Assembly: GCF_018977255.1 (NCBI RefSeq)
Contig: NW_024704743.1
Span: 95,792,001-95,856,000, forward strand
DNA from: Callorhinchus milii
Lineage: Eukaryota
Direction of reading: 5' to 3'
DNA: 64,000 nt
Shown: in pieces, positions 10,924-22,853 of the stretch
Layout: each line of letters starts with the position of its first letter
How positions within the stretch are numbered: the stretch's first letter is position 1
The notes under the pieces: model-generated
The model's database searches: none
The model's input: only the letters and a program-made list of their open reading frames with translations
What the model was told of the DNA's origin: nothing
Position numbers and translations under genes: made by a program

Positions 10924-13900
10924 CATGTCACATAACTCGCAATTTTTTCTACAGAGGGCAATTGCAGGACAGACACCAGGAAGTATTTTTTTACACAAAA
11001 AGTAATAACAACTGGAATGAGTTGCTAGGAAGGGTGGTTGAGATAAAGCCACTGGCCTCATTTAAAAAGCAATGCAATGCTTAATGAGAAGGTGTAGGTG
11101 AATATTCCAGAAGGATGAGATTCAATGGCAAAACAGAGTATTAATTTTTATCCATATCTCTCTTATGATCTTATGTCACATGTTTCTCCACTGCCACAAA
11201 AATTAAGTAAATATTTACGATGCAGTCTCAATGTTAACATTTACAACAACAACAACAACAACAAGATTTCATTTATAAAGCACCTTTCACGTCAGGAGGA
11301 CGTCCCAAATATTAAACATTTAGACATGTTTAATATTGAAATGATTAATTTTCAAAAATCACAGATTTAGAGGTTAAGTTTTTGAGGAGAGGTTCACAGA
11401 GCTGAAGTAGATTGGAGAGATTCGAGATTGGAGTTGAAGTAGGTTGGAGAAAAATAGCTTCAGGAAAGAAATGATGCAGATATTGAACATAATGAGAGGC
11501 ATCATTGATATAAAAGCAAGCAGTCTCCACACAGAACCGCCTTGCAGGAACAAGTTGTGTAGAGGAAGAGGAATCGTACACTACCCAATAGGAAGACTTG
11601 CATGGATTGTGGAAGAAATGATGGCCATGTGACTTAATCTTGTTCCAGTGAAACACATTGAAACTCTGAATGAAACTGGTCTGATGGCCTGTATTTATCC
11701 CAGAATCAGGGCTTCAACTATTATTTTCACTGTTCAGTATATTCTGCAAAGCACTTTGAGACGTTTCGAAGATATGATATATCAAATGCAAGATTATTAT
11801 AACTCTGATTTAGGAGGATACGCAATGCATACATGCGAGAGAAGGGAATAGAGGGGTGTGGAGAATTCTGGGGAGGGTGGATTAGGAGGGGTTGAAAGTT
11901 GAAGTGGAATATAAACATCAGCACAGAGTTGTTGGATTGAATGGTTTGTTCCATTGCTGCAGTTTCTGTATAATTCTATATATAATTCAGTTGTCCAGGT
12001 TGTATTTGGAAGATAATAAAGTCTCCCAAAGCCACTTAGCAAGCTACCTCACAAGATGGATGAAAATTGCATTGGCTTTCACAGATTTTTATTTCTGAAC
12101 CAGAAATCAGGATTTATATAATTTTTGGTTGCTCCAGGTGGCTCCTTTTGCCATAGATTATTTTTATATATATATATATATATATGTTGTTGAGTGAGCA
12201 GCAGTAACCTGCTTTTGTCAATGCTATTATTTTGTTTACATTCATCAAAGTAGTCTGATTCAGATCATTTGTCCAATTAATACCCAAGGAATTAAGGGCA
12301 AATATTTGAACTGTCGACTATAAAAGCACTTTTACTACCAAGATGCTAAAATTGGACATTCCAATCTAATCCTGTTAAGCAGACAGTTCTGGGCTAAACC
12401 ATTCAACAGGATGTTAGTTGAAACCTTTTAATTCAAACAAAATGAAATGAATCACTTGCCCTATAGCACTCTGATAGTAAATGGTGGGAAATGGCAACTA
12501 AAGTGAAGGGGCAAAGAAGATCACATTTCAATGAGGCTGAATTGTTTGCTTTAGCAAAGCAATACATTACATTTAAATATGGTTTTCTTGGAAGCAAAAA
12601 ACAATAAAAGAGGGTCATTGAAAGGCCTGGGCGATTCACAGCTATAAAGTCAAGAACCTTGCTAAAGCTGTTGGAAAACATTCCAGTGAAACACTGGTTT
12701 CAAAGCGTTCGGCTGTAGCCACCATAACATACAATAAAAAATCCTTCTGCACTGGAGAAAGACTATCATGGCTACCAATAAGATTAGTGTGTGACTAAAA
12801 TATAATCAGTTCATTTTGTAGATTTAAAAAAGTATATTATTTGTTTTCTTATATCAGTTTCAATTTATATTGTAATATAAGTAAAGTTAAACCACATCTT
12901 ATTCTCTACCTTTGAAAACGGAAAGAATTTTACTTGCATGTTAAGGCTTTCTCTTTCTCAAAGCTTTTCTCTTTCTTTATGTTAACATTTGCACTTGAGA
13001 CCACCTCTCTCATGATTTGGAATTGCACCCTTACTTGGGTAACAGAATCATCCTTATTCACAAACCTTCACCGCATCTAGCTATTTGACCTTCAATATAA
13101 TATTCAATTGGAAATAGATTTATGTAACAGAAATATAATTCATGTAGCTAACGACATACAACATACAGGCACAACAGTCCACTGTTGAGGGTAATGGTAA
13201 AAGAGTATGAAATATATCTATCAAAGAATGAATACTTTTTGGCATACATTAAAGTCTATTTTGTGATCTTTAAATAAAAGTCCAATGTTCCTATTTCCCA
13301 GATCAGAGCCCTGAAATTTCTCATCACAAGATCACAAGAGGATTGGATTAAGAATGGCCCTGTTCTTCCAGAATACCTATCTGACTGTCTGGCCTTCACA
13401 GCATCGAGATGTTTTTTAAAATTGAGCCCAGTTCTGATCTTAACAACCCTTCCTGGTAATCTGTTCAAGATTATTTATCCTCTGGATAAAGAAACAATAA
13501 TAATAATCCTTACATTTAGTACAGCACCTTTCATGCTGGGAGGACATCTCAAAGCGCTTCAAAGGATATACTGTAAAGTGTAGTGACCCTATTTTGTAGG
13601 CAAAATACCTGAATAATTTCTGGGTCCAGGTAACTGGATGTTTTCAGAATTAGTCTATAATGTATAACATGTCCTTCAACCCTGAATTGGAGTTAGAGTG
13701 ATGCAAACTAAGAGGGAAACGTTCTTTGCCAGTGTCCAGTTAAGAGTTAAAATCTGATGTTCAGAACGGGAAGAAAATGATTATTATCAGAAGGAAGTTA
13801 AGACCAAAGAAATAAAGAGCGAGAAATAAATAAAACAAATATTTGAAACGGTTTGTGTAATTATATATGTGCATACATGCAGTTTAATATGAAGAAAAGG

Positions 13901-13989
13901 GAAATGGCACAAAACTAAGAGAGAAGGTCTGAGGCGATCACCTTCAAAATATCAGTAAAGTCTTAGGATTGGACAAAAGAATGGAAGAA

Positions 13990-14212
13990 ACAAAAGGGAT
14001 CTAATAGAGGATTTAGGAGGAACTTCTTCATGAAGAGGGTAGTGTGACTGTGGTGATTCTGCTTAATAAGCAGACAGTTTTGATGCATTTAGAGGAAGCT
14101 ATATATGTATGAGAGAGGAAGGAATAGAAAGGATAGGCGTGAGTAAGGAGTGGGTGGAAAGTCATGTAGAGAATAAACACCAGCGCAAACTGGTAGGACT
14201 AAATGGCCTCCA
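13990..14212 (+). mobile_element. CR1 LINE 3' end (part of local duplication with 40568-40907)
   Basis: aggaggaacttcttca..gagggtagtg, gatgcattt.agaggaagcta and ggactaaatggcct motifs. Confidence 0.8.
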
Positions 14213-14357
14213 TTTTTTATTAATCTATGTAAAAGTGAATATATCAAGAAATAGATCAACATTCGTCTGAATGAGAGAAACTGGGAATGAGACGGTGGTG
14301 GGGGAGTGGGGGGGTGAGGGGGCACTATTTGAAGTGAAAGGAATTTCTCTCAGTGCC

Positions 14358-16649
14358 ATCCCTCCCACCTCTCTCTGAAAATTCTCTTACTCTACCGCCC
14401 CCCAAAATCCTCTCCCACCTTCATCTCTGACATCTCCACTCTCTTTGCTTCCCTCTGCCTCTGCTCTGACCGCCTCATCATTCTTGGTGACTTCAACCTC
14501 CACTTCACCCCCTCCTGCTCCATCTCCCAGACTTCTCCTCTCTCCTCTCCTCTCTCAACCTCTCCCTCCACATCCACTCTGCTACCCACACCCACAGTCA
14601 CCTGCTCTACCTGGTGATCATCCGGGGCCTCAGCGCCTCGGATGTCACCGTCACTGACAAGGCCATCTCTGAGCACCGTTTCACCTCCCTCAACTCCCAT
14701 ATCCCTCTCCCCATTGCCTCCAAGCCTACCACCACCTTCTACTGCCCGTGGAAGAAGATCTCCCCGCAATCCCTCTCCTCTGCCCTGGAGTCCTCTGATC
14801 TCCTCCCCTCTGGTCCACCTCTCACAACAATCCACTCACTGTACTCACTCTTCTCCACAGCACCCTCTCCACCACACTCGACGTCCTTGCCACCCTCACC
14901 TCCCAAACTGCCACCTATTCCCGATCCTCGCCCTGGTTCACCAGCCACCTCCGCTTGCTTAAGGGCCAGGTGTGGTCTGTCGAACGCACTTGGCTCAAAT
15001 CCAGCCTAACGGTCCACCATCACATCTGGCTGGGCCTCATTAAAACCTACTGCTCTGCTCTCGCCTCAGCCAAATCATCCTTCTATTCCAGGTTAATCCT
15101 GGAGGAGGAAGGCAATCCCAGGCTCCTGTTCTCCACCACTAGGTAGAGGCTGTTCGTGTGACATTGCTGTGTGTAAGTTGGCTGTTGTGTTTTCGCACCA
15201 AATGCATAGTCACTCGACTTTACAGTGTATCCTGCAAAGCATTCATTTCCCTGCATTCCCAGCTTCACTCTTTCCTCTTCTCTCACTCCCTCCATGAACC
15301 CCTCCAATCGGGTTTCCGTGCTGCCCACAGCACGGAAACTGCTCTGGTCAAGGTCACAAACGATATCCTTACCATGTGTGACCAGGACTCCCACTGCCTC
15401 CTTGTTCTCCTCGACCTCTCCACAGCCTTTGACACCGTGGACCACTCAATCCTCCTCCACCACCACTCCTCCCACCTCAACCTTAAAGGTTCTGTCCTTG
15501 ACTGGTTCACACCACCTCCAGTTCGTCGCGGCAAACGGTTTCTCCTCCAGCCCCTGCACTGTCTCGTGCGGTGTTCCTCAGGGCTCTGTCCTCGGTCCCC
15601 TCCTCTTCACCCTCTACATGCTCCCCCTTGGTGACGTCATCCGCAGACACAGGGTAAATTTCCACATGTATGCAGATGACACCCAACTCTACCTCTCTGC
15701 CTCTACCCTGAACTCCAGGACTACTGGTGTCCTGACCGACTGCCTGTCCGACATCAAGTCCTGGACTAGTGCCAACTTTCTCCAACTCAACGTCAGCAAG
15801 ACCGAGGCCCTCCTGATTGGCTCGCGCCAGGGCCTCTGCACCTTAGGCGCTGGCAGCATCAGTCTCCATGGCTGCACACTCAACCTCACTAAGCCAGTTA
15901 GGAACCTGGGTGTCTTGTTTGACCCTGAACTGTCCTTTCTCCTCCACTTCCGCGCCATGACCGGCACTGCCTACCACCACCTCCGCAACATTGCCAGACT
16001 CTGCCACTGCCTCACCCCTCAGGCTGCCGAAACCCCTCACCCACGCATTTGACACCTCAAGGCTCGATTACGGGAACTCCCTCCTCATCGGCCTTCCCAA
16101 TTCTTCCCTTCACAAGCTGCAGATCATCCAAAACTCTGCAGCTGATGTACTCTCACGCACCAGGCTCCGCGACCCCATCACTCCCACCCTCGCCTGACTC
16201 CACTGGCTCCCCATCCCCCAGAGGATCAAGTTCAAGATCCTCATCCTCACCTTTAAAGCCATCCATGGCCTTGCCACCTCCTACCTCTCTGACCTGCTGA
16301 CTCCCTACCAACCTGCCCGCTCCCTCTGCTCATCAGGCTCCGGCCTGCTCCATGTCTCCCACCCGACCTGCCCTACCATCGGTGGCCGGGCTTTCAGCCT
16401 CCCTGGCTCCACACTCTGGAACTTCATCTCACGGTCCCTTCGCCTCGCTTCCTCCCTTGAATCGTTCAAGGCCGGTCTCAAGACCTTTCTCTTCGACCGT
16501 GCCTTTGGTCTCCCTCCCACCTCTCTGCCTTTCTTCACCCCTACACCACCCCTCCCCCATGCTCGAGCCCCGACATCTGACTGTTCAGCGCTTTGGGATG
16601 TCCTCCCGACGTGAAAGGCGCTCTATAAATGTAATTTTGTTGTTGTTGT
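14358..16649 (+). mobile_element. L2 LINE with AP-endonuclease and RT remnants, multiple deletions and frameshifts
   Basis: LYRPPK..LIILGDFNLH at 14390-14505; [21 protein letters not shown] and [10 protein letters not shown] in ORF 15225-16052; (TTG)n tail ending 16649. Confidence 0.94.
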
Positions 16650-17029
16650 TTCCTGGCCAACAATCATCCAGATAAAATTAATCATTCACTTTATGGCTGT
16701 TTGTGGGACATTGCGGTGTGTATATTTGCTGCTGTGTTCATCAACGAAATACACTGTCATTATGCTTTAATGTAAATCCTGAGAAACACTTGGAGACAAC
16801 AACAACAGCAACTTACATTTATATAGAGTCCCTCACACAGGGTAGCGTCCCAAAGAAATTTTGACAATATGTTAAGGATTATTTCAAATGCAAAAAATAT
16901 TATTAGTAGTCTTATTACTTCAATGGTGGAGATTAATTTGCCACATTACAGAATAACTGAGTAATAGAGAAACAGCTTGGATTTCTGCAATGCCATACAT
17001 GTAAAGGAAGGTTACAAAGTCTTTGACAA

Positions 17030-17120
17030 ATGTAATATGCATGGAATTCTTAGTTTGGTTTGGATACTTTTAAACATGGTGATGGGTTTCCACATGTGTC
17101 ACCCAACTGACCGAAAAAAA
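17030..17120 (+). mobile_element. 3'-terminal fragment of the unclassified LINE family
   Basis: atggaattcttagtttggtttggatacttttaaacatggtgatgggtttccacatgtgtcacccaactgacc followed by an A-run; homologous to 52005, 57708, 61469 and 18860. Confidence 0.7.
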
Positions 17121-18859
17121 GAAGTATATACCAAGCAGGCAGGTGAAAAATTTAAAGATATGGTAGACAGTGGTAGATGAAAGTACTGTATATACTTTTA
17201 GAAGTCTATGAGAGCAGAGGCAAAATTGAGTGGTTTTGAAAGAGAATTCCACAAGACACAGTATAGATCCATTCAAGCCTTAGTACCTCCCTCTCTTGGT
17301 GACCTCTTTCCCCACTCCTCTGCTCATTCCCTCTGCTAACTCAAGCTTGCTATGTGGTTTCTCACCCGCTCTGCACCATTATCGGTGGCCGAGCCTTCAA
17401 CTACTATGCTCCTAACTTTTGTCTCCTATGCCTACTATGCCTCCTTCCCTTCATCCTTCAATCTCGGACCATACCTCTCTGCCTTTAAACCTCGGTTAAA
17501 AAACCTACATTTGTGACTGTACTAATGATCACTTCTTCCATCCTCCTCCCCTTCTCTCTGGCTTGGGTTCCAACCTCATCTTTGTGAAATGCTATTGAGA
17601 TGTTATCCTACTTGAAGGACGCTGTAAATGCAAGCTGTTGCTGATGTTGTCCAATAAGGCACAGACAGCAGTAAATCTTGTGAAAAGGTTTAAATATTTC
17701 AGCTGGGGAATTATGTATAACAGTTCTTGCAATATCTTTTGAAAGCTAGTTCGTAATTTTCTGTACCTAGAAACAATGACTTGACCTTAGATGGTGACCA
17801 AAGACTGAAATATCAATATAATGGCATCAGCAATGACAAGCTTCAGTGCTATCAGAAGGACTGTTTTCCATCTAAAACCACCCAGGCTGTTTGTTTTCCA
17901 CATTTTAAGTGCTAATGTTCTCCAGACTTTAGTTTTGGAGAAATGCCTTACTTTTAGGGACATTTTTCCTTATCAGGGAGCCAGCTGGAAGCAATGCTGG
18001 GTTACATTTTAGATTCAATTTTCCACCCTGGAGAGTTTGTTCAGTGGTAATAATTTGGGAAAAAAAGAGAGGGGAAGCAAGAAACTGCTTTATTTGTTCG
18101 TCTGGGAGCAGAGTTCTAAGCCTTTAAGTGATTTGGTTTCATGTTGGCATAATTACAGTAGGAGGTTAAAAACAATACACTTGGACGATTTGTTTTACGA
18201 AAAGTGTTTGATCTACACAAACCAATGGATATTAGTTTGTCTGAGAAATTTTTAAAAGGAGTTTTAGTTGGCAAGATTACAGTGGGACAAACTAGCATAT
18301 GCTGGAATTTCAGGGAAAACCCAGACCTTAGCTTTCCTGATATATACAGATGAGTTTGGTTGTTTCTTGCCTGTTGTATGTGTGTGTCTGTCTGTGTATG
18401 TGTGTGTGGTGGTGGGAGGGGGTGCAATGGACAGACAGTCAGTTCAACCAGATAAGAGCTGTTAGCTGAAATAATCCAGCGGGGTTTTAGAGTTTTAGGG
18501 TTGTGCAAGCTTCCTACTGGCCACTTCACAGAACTCCTCTCTCTTCCAGCTGCGATGCTTGACATTCATGCTTTACTGGGTTGAGGTTCACTGTATGTCT
18601 GGCAAAAGATGAATAGAGATGAATTAGGAAATGTAAACCATAAAGTAAGTTCAGACAGCACAAAGCAGAGAGACTATTGGACTGGACTGTGTCAGGAGCA
18701 GTTCATTTCCATAAACATTTGTCCCCGCAATTTTTATTACAGTTAGATAATGTTCATCATTTTGTTCATTTTCAATTAAAAATCTCTATTTTTAAAAAAA
18801 GTTGTACTTTCTTTTGTAACTTTTGTAAGTTTGTGACCTTTTTTGTTCAACTGGATTTC

Positions 18860-19960
18860 TGACACATGTGGAATCCAAATTAGACTAAGAGTTCCACATA
18901 TGTATGTGACCTAAACAAGAAAGTGTCCCTGTGTCTGGAATGGAATGCACACTCTCTCCCTGGAGGCACACTCTGCTTACTTAATTCAGGAGAGAATTAC
19001 CTCAGGTTGGCAGGAGCCAAGGCTTTGGGACACCTTGGAACACTACTAGAGTTTAACCAGTTTAAAACTACAGAGCTTGTCATTGAGCTTGCCAGTATGT
19101 TATCTGCTTCTTGTCGACCTAGGGTCACCGATGAGCCAAGCTGGCAGGTCTGACATGCTGGAGTACTGTGGATCTGCCTGGCTCTTGAACAGGACTACCA
19201 AGACCATCACAGAGGACTGACTCGATTTTGATATTCCATTGCCCAGCATCTTAACGATAGTTCAGCTCCAAGGAGACCTCACTTACCTCCCCACGAAGGA
19301 GAATAGTCACTAATTGGTCATTTGCCACCTGACAAGTGCAAATTTGAGTCCTCACTGGGTGAATGGCAAGTACCAGGAACTCTGCATGTTTCCTTGAGAG
19401 AAGTAAAGCTCAGTGTGAAATACATGAGAACTTTGCCACCAACCTCCTGCCCACAACTCGGACACACATCCTTATCCCCATGGGTTCAGAATTTCCTCAT
19501 CAGATATTTGACAGAAATATTCGGGGGCACTCACCATCATATCCCACTGAGTGACTTAGTGTTCAAGTTGGTGAGTACAGCACAAAGATCGCCAGATGAA
19601 CAGCAGCAGCACAATATCTTCTGCAGAAAAACCACAATTCTATCAGAAATACCTGGAACAGAAACACTAGATAAGTTCTCCTCAGTTCCATCCAATATAT
19701 TATTGATGAATAGATTGAATAAGGTTGGTACCTTGTAACTTGTTCAACCCTTTTGGGTGGGTTTGGGGAGGTTCCACATTGCTCCATCATTAACATTATG
19801 TTGCAGGGCCTCTCTGGAAGTAGCGTTACCTCAACCCGGGTTTGTTTGAAAGGATTTCCAGCAGCAGGAGCTCATACCACCCATCATAAACCAATGCTGG
19901 AATGCTCTCATGTATACAAGGGGCAATCCTAAAATCTAGAGAATACACATCACGGAGCCA
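18860..19960 (-). mobile_element. Decayed non-LTR retrotransposon that is neither L2 nor CR1 (possibly RTE-X-like)
   Basis: Minus-strand PTLFNLFINNILDG..VSVPG..(F)SAEDIVLL RT motif (19728-19604), CPSCG zinc-knuckle start (19464-19450), ILLRGE; 3' part homologous to 61469-62068. Confidence 0.65.
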
Positions 19961-21187
19961 CAGAAAATAAACCATCCACTGGCGCCAGCTGAGGACTCAC
20001 AAGTGCCACAGCCTGAGTAGTTATGTCAGCCATGACACAAGTGGTTTATTTTCCATTTGCCTCTGGGATCCAATATGCTGTGAGGCGCATTGTCTCACTA
20101 GTCTCTCTTGTTTATACAATTTACAAAGGCCGCACAACTCACCAGACTCGCACGCCACCGCCTTTGGTTCTTCAATGTGTGCTATACAACTACAGTTCTA
20201 TGTCTGCACCAACCGTGTTCCAAGCAGACAAGTTTCTCATGTGACCACATTTGATCAGGCCAGAATGGAACTGGCTGAACTGATTAATACCTAAGTCTTA
20301 GCTTAACTCTCCTAAATAACCGCATTGATTATCCAGAGAAAAAGATGTTCACTCTCTCACAAAGGCATTTGAAACATACTTTTGCCAACCAATTATCACT
20401 AGTTGGAAAACTGCACTCTCCTCGATAAGGAAACTTGCAATGGGTTTAAGTATATTCCTCACATTCCCATATGGATTTAATAGAGTGTTTACTGAAAATG
20501 ACCAAAAAGTACTGCAATGATGTATTCACAACTGAGGATTAAAGAGAATTAAAGAATTTACATTTTATAACATTTTATTGTGTCAAAACATTTCATGGTA
20601 CCTCACAAGTCATTACTGTCTAATGAAGTGACTAGTGTGGTTGGCAAACATGGCAGCCATTTGCAACAGCAAGGTTCTGCAAAGAGCCATGTGGGAACAA
20701 CAACTTACCTGGAGGATTGTTGTCTCGGACACGAGGAGAAACTCCCTTCTCTGAATCCACCTTGTGATAATTTTTGCTGTAATAATCTAACTCCAAGCGG
20801 TTCTTAAAAAAGTCACAAATATTACCCCAGTAAGTCTTCTTTCTTCACACAAGGAGTGAATGGCATATTGTAAAACTCCATACCCCTATCACCTTAGTCC
20901 TTACCAGGCTGCATGGCACATAACGGATTGATTGCAGGATCCCCACATTCGCCTACAAATGACTTTGTGCCATAGCACCCATCTATCTCTCCAATCTATT
21001 CACACCCCTCTTCTCTACCTGCCCACTTCACTCAGTTGGTTCAGGCCTTCTGCGTGTCCCTGACCCCCTCCATTCCACCATCAGCAGCCATGTACCACTA
21101 CACCCGAGACTCTGGAACTCTGCCTCAATCCCTCTACCTTACCTCTGCTTTGCCCATCTTCAGATTCCACCTGAAGACTTTCCTCTT

Positions 21188-21478
21188 TAATAATAATAAT
21201 AATCCTTGCACCTGATATAGAGCTTTCTCATGTCTTCTAGACGTCTCAAAGCGCTTCACAGAATAGACTGTAAAGTGAATCAACTGTATATTTGTGGGTG
21301 AAACGCGGCAGCCAATTACACACAGCATTGAAGTGACCAATTTATTATTGTTTTTTTTTGAAGGATTATTATTAGGCGTGTGGAGTAAGGAAACTTGCCC
21401 AAGGTTTCGCCCTGCCGGGAATTGAACCCAGATCTCTCGCTTGCGAGGTGAGTGCTCTAACCACTGAGCTACAGGACG
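21188..21478 (-). mobile_element. Young full-length tRNA-derived Deu SINE, short subtype
   Basis: Head tagctcagtggttagagc..gggttcaattcc, Deu-like body, (ATT)n tail; near-identical to 29932, 46335 and 63318. Confidence 0.9.
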
Positions 21479-21671
21479 CCTGATAAGGATAAGCTATTTC
21501 TCCTCTTAGATAATAGATAATAAAGATAGCTTGCATTTACATCACACATTTCATGTAAAATTAAACATCTAGAAGATAGTAGAGGAAGACAAGGTGAGCT
21601 ACTGCGTTACAAAGAAAACCCAGTGTCAGGGACACATAGACTCATTTGGAAACTGAATCACTTGTGGGACT

Positions 21672-22853
21672 TGCACATGTGGTATCCCTCACGGCTCTGT
21701 GCTCGGTCCCCTCCTCTTCAATCTATACACGCTCCTGCTCGGTGATGTCATCCACAGGCATTGGGTCAATTTCCACACGTATAAGGATGACACCCAACTC
21801 TATCTCGCCGCATCCAGCCTTGACTCCAGGACCAATGATGTCCTGGCTAATTGTCTGTCTGACATCAAGTCATGACCCAACTGTGCAGCGCCTTGGGACG
21901 TCCTCCTGACGTGAAAGGCGCTCTATAAATGGAATCTTGTTGTTGTTGTTGTTGTTGTTGGACGAGACTCAACTTCCTCCAACTCAATGTTGGCAACACA
22001 AGGGCCCGCCTGCTTGGCTCCCGGCAGTGCCTCCTCAGCTCAGCTGCTGGCACTATCACCATTCATGTCTGCACCCTTCACCTCACCGAGCCAATCTGAA
22101 ACCTCGGTGTCCTTTACGACCCTCAGCTATCCTTTAAATCCCACATTCATGCCATGACCCATTCCACCTTTCCACACCTCCGAAACATTGCCAATCTCGG
22201 CCACTGCCTCTCACCGCAGGCCGCCAAGTCCCTGATCCACGCTTTCATTACATCCCGGCTTGCTACGCCAACTGCCTGCTCACTGGATCTCTCAACGTTT
22301 CCCTTCACAAGCTGCAGATTATTCAGAACTCTGCTTCTTGTGTCCTCTCCCACACCAGGCTCCGGGAACTTATCACCCCCATTCTTGCCCGGCTTCACTG
22401 GCTCCCCATTCCTCAAGAATCGAGTACAAAACCCTTGTTCTTACCTTCAAGGCCCTCCATGGTCTTTCTTTGCCCTACCTTTCCGACCTCATAATGCCAT
22501 TTCAGCATGTCCGCTCCCTCCGCTCAATGGACACCGGCTTACTTCAGGTCCCCCACACTTCCCACCCCACCATTGGTGGTCGGGTATTCAGCATCTCTGC
22601 CCCCTCACTCTGGAACTCTATCCCGCAATCCCTCCGCTTCACCCCCTCTCTGATCTCCTTAAAGTCCCGTCTGAAGACCTTTTTCTTCGATCAAGCCTTC
22701 AGTCTCCCTTCCACCCCCAACACTCTATCCTCCTTCCCTTCTGACCCCAAGTCCCAGCTCAGGTCCAAAACCTCTGATTGTCCAACGCCCTGGGACTTCT
22801 TTACGACGTGCAAGGTGCGAAACAAGTGCAATTTGTTGTTATTGTTGTTGTTG
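21672..22853 (+). mobile_element. L2 LINE 3' part with a nested ~86-bp L2 tail (21875-21960)
   Basis: ggtatccctcacggctctgtgctcggtcccctcctcttc ([14 protein letters not shown]), DIKS..NFLQLN split by the insert, terminal (TTG)n. Confidence 0.9.
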
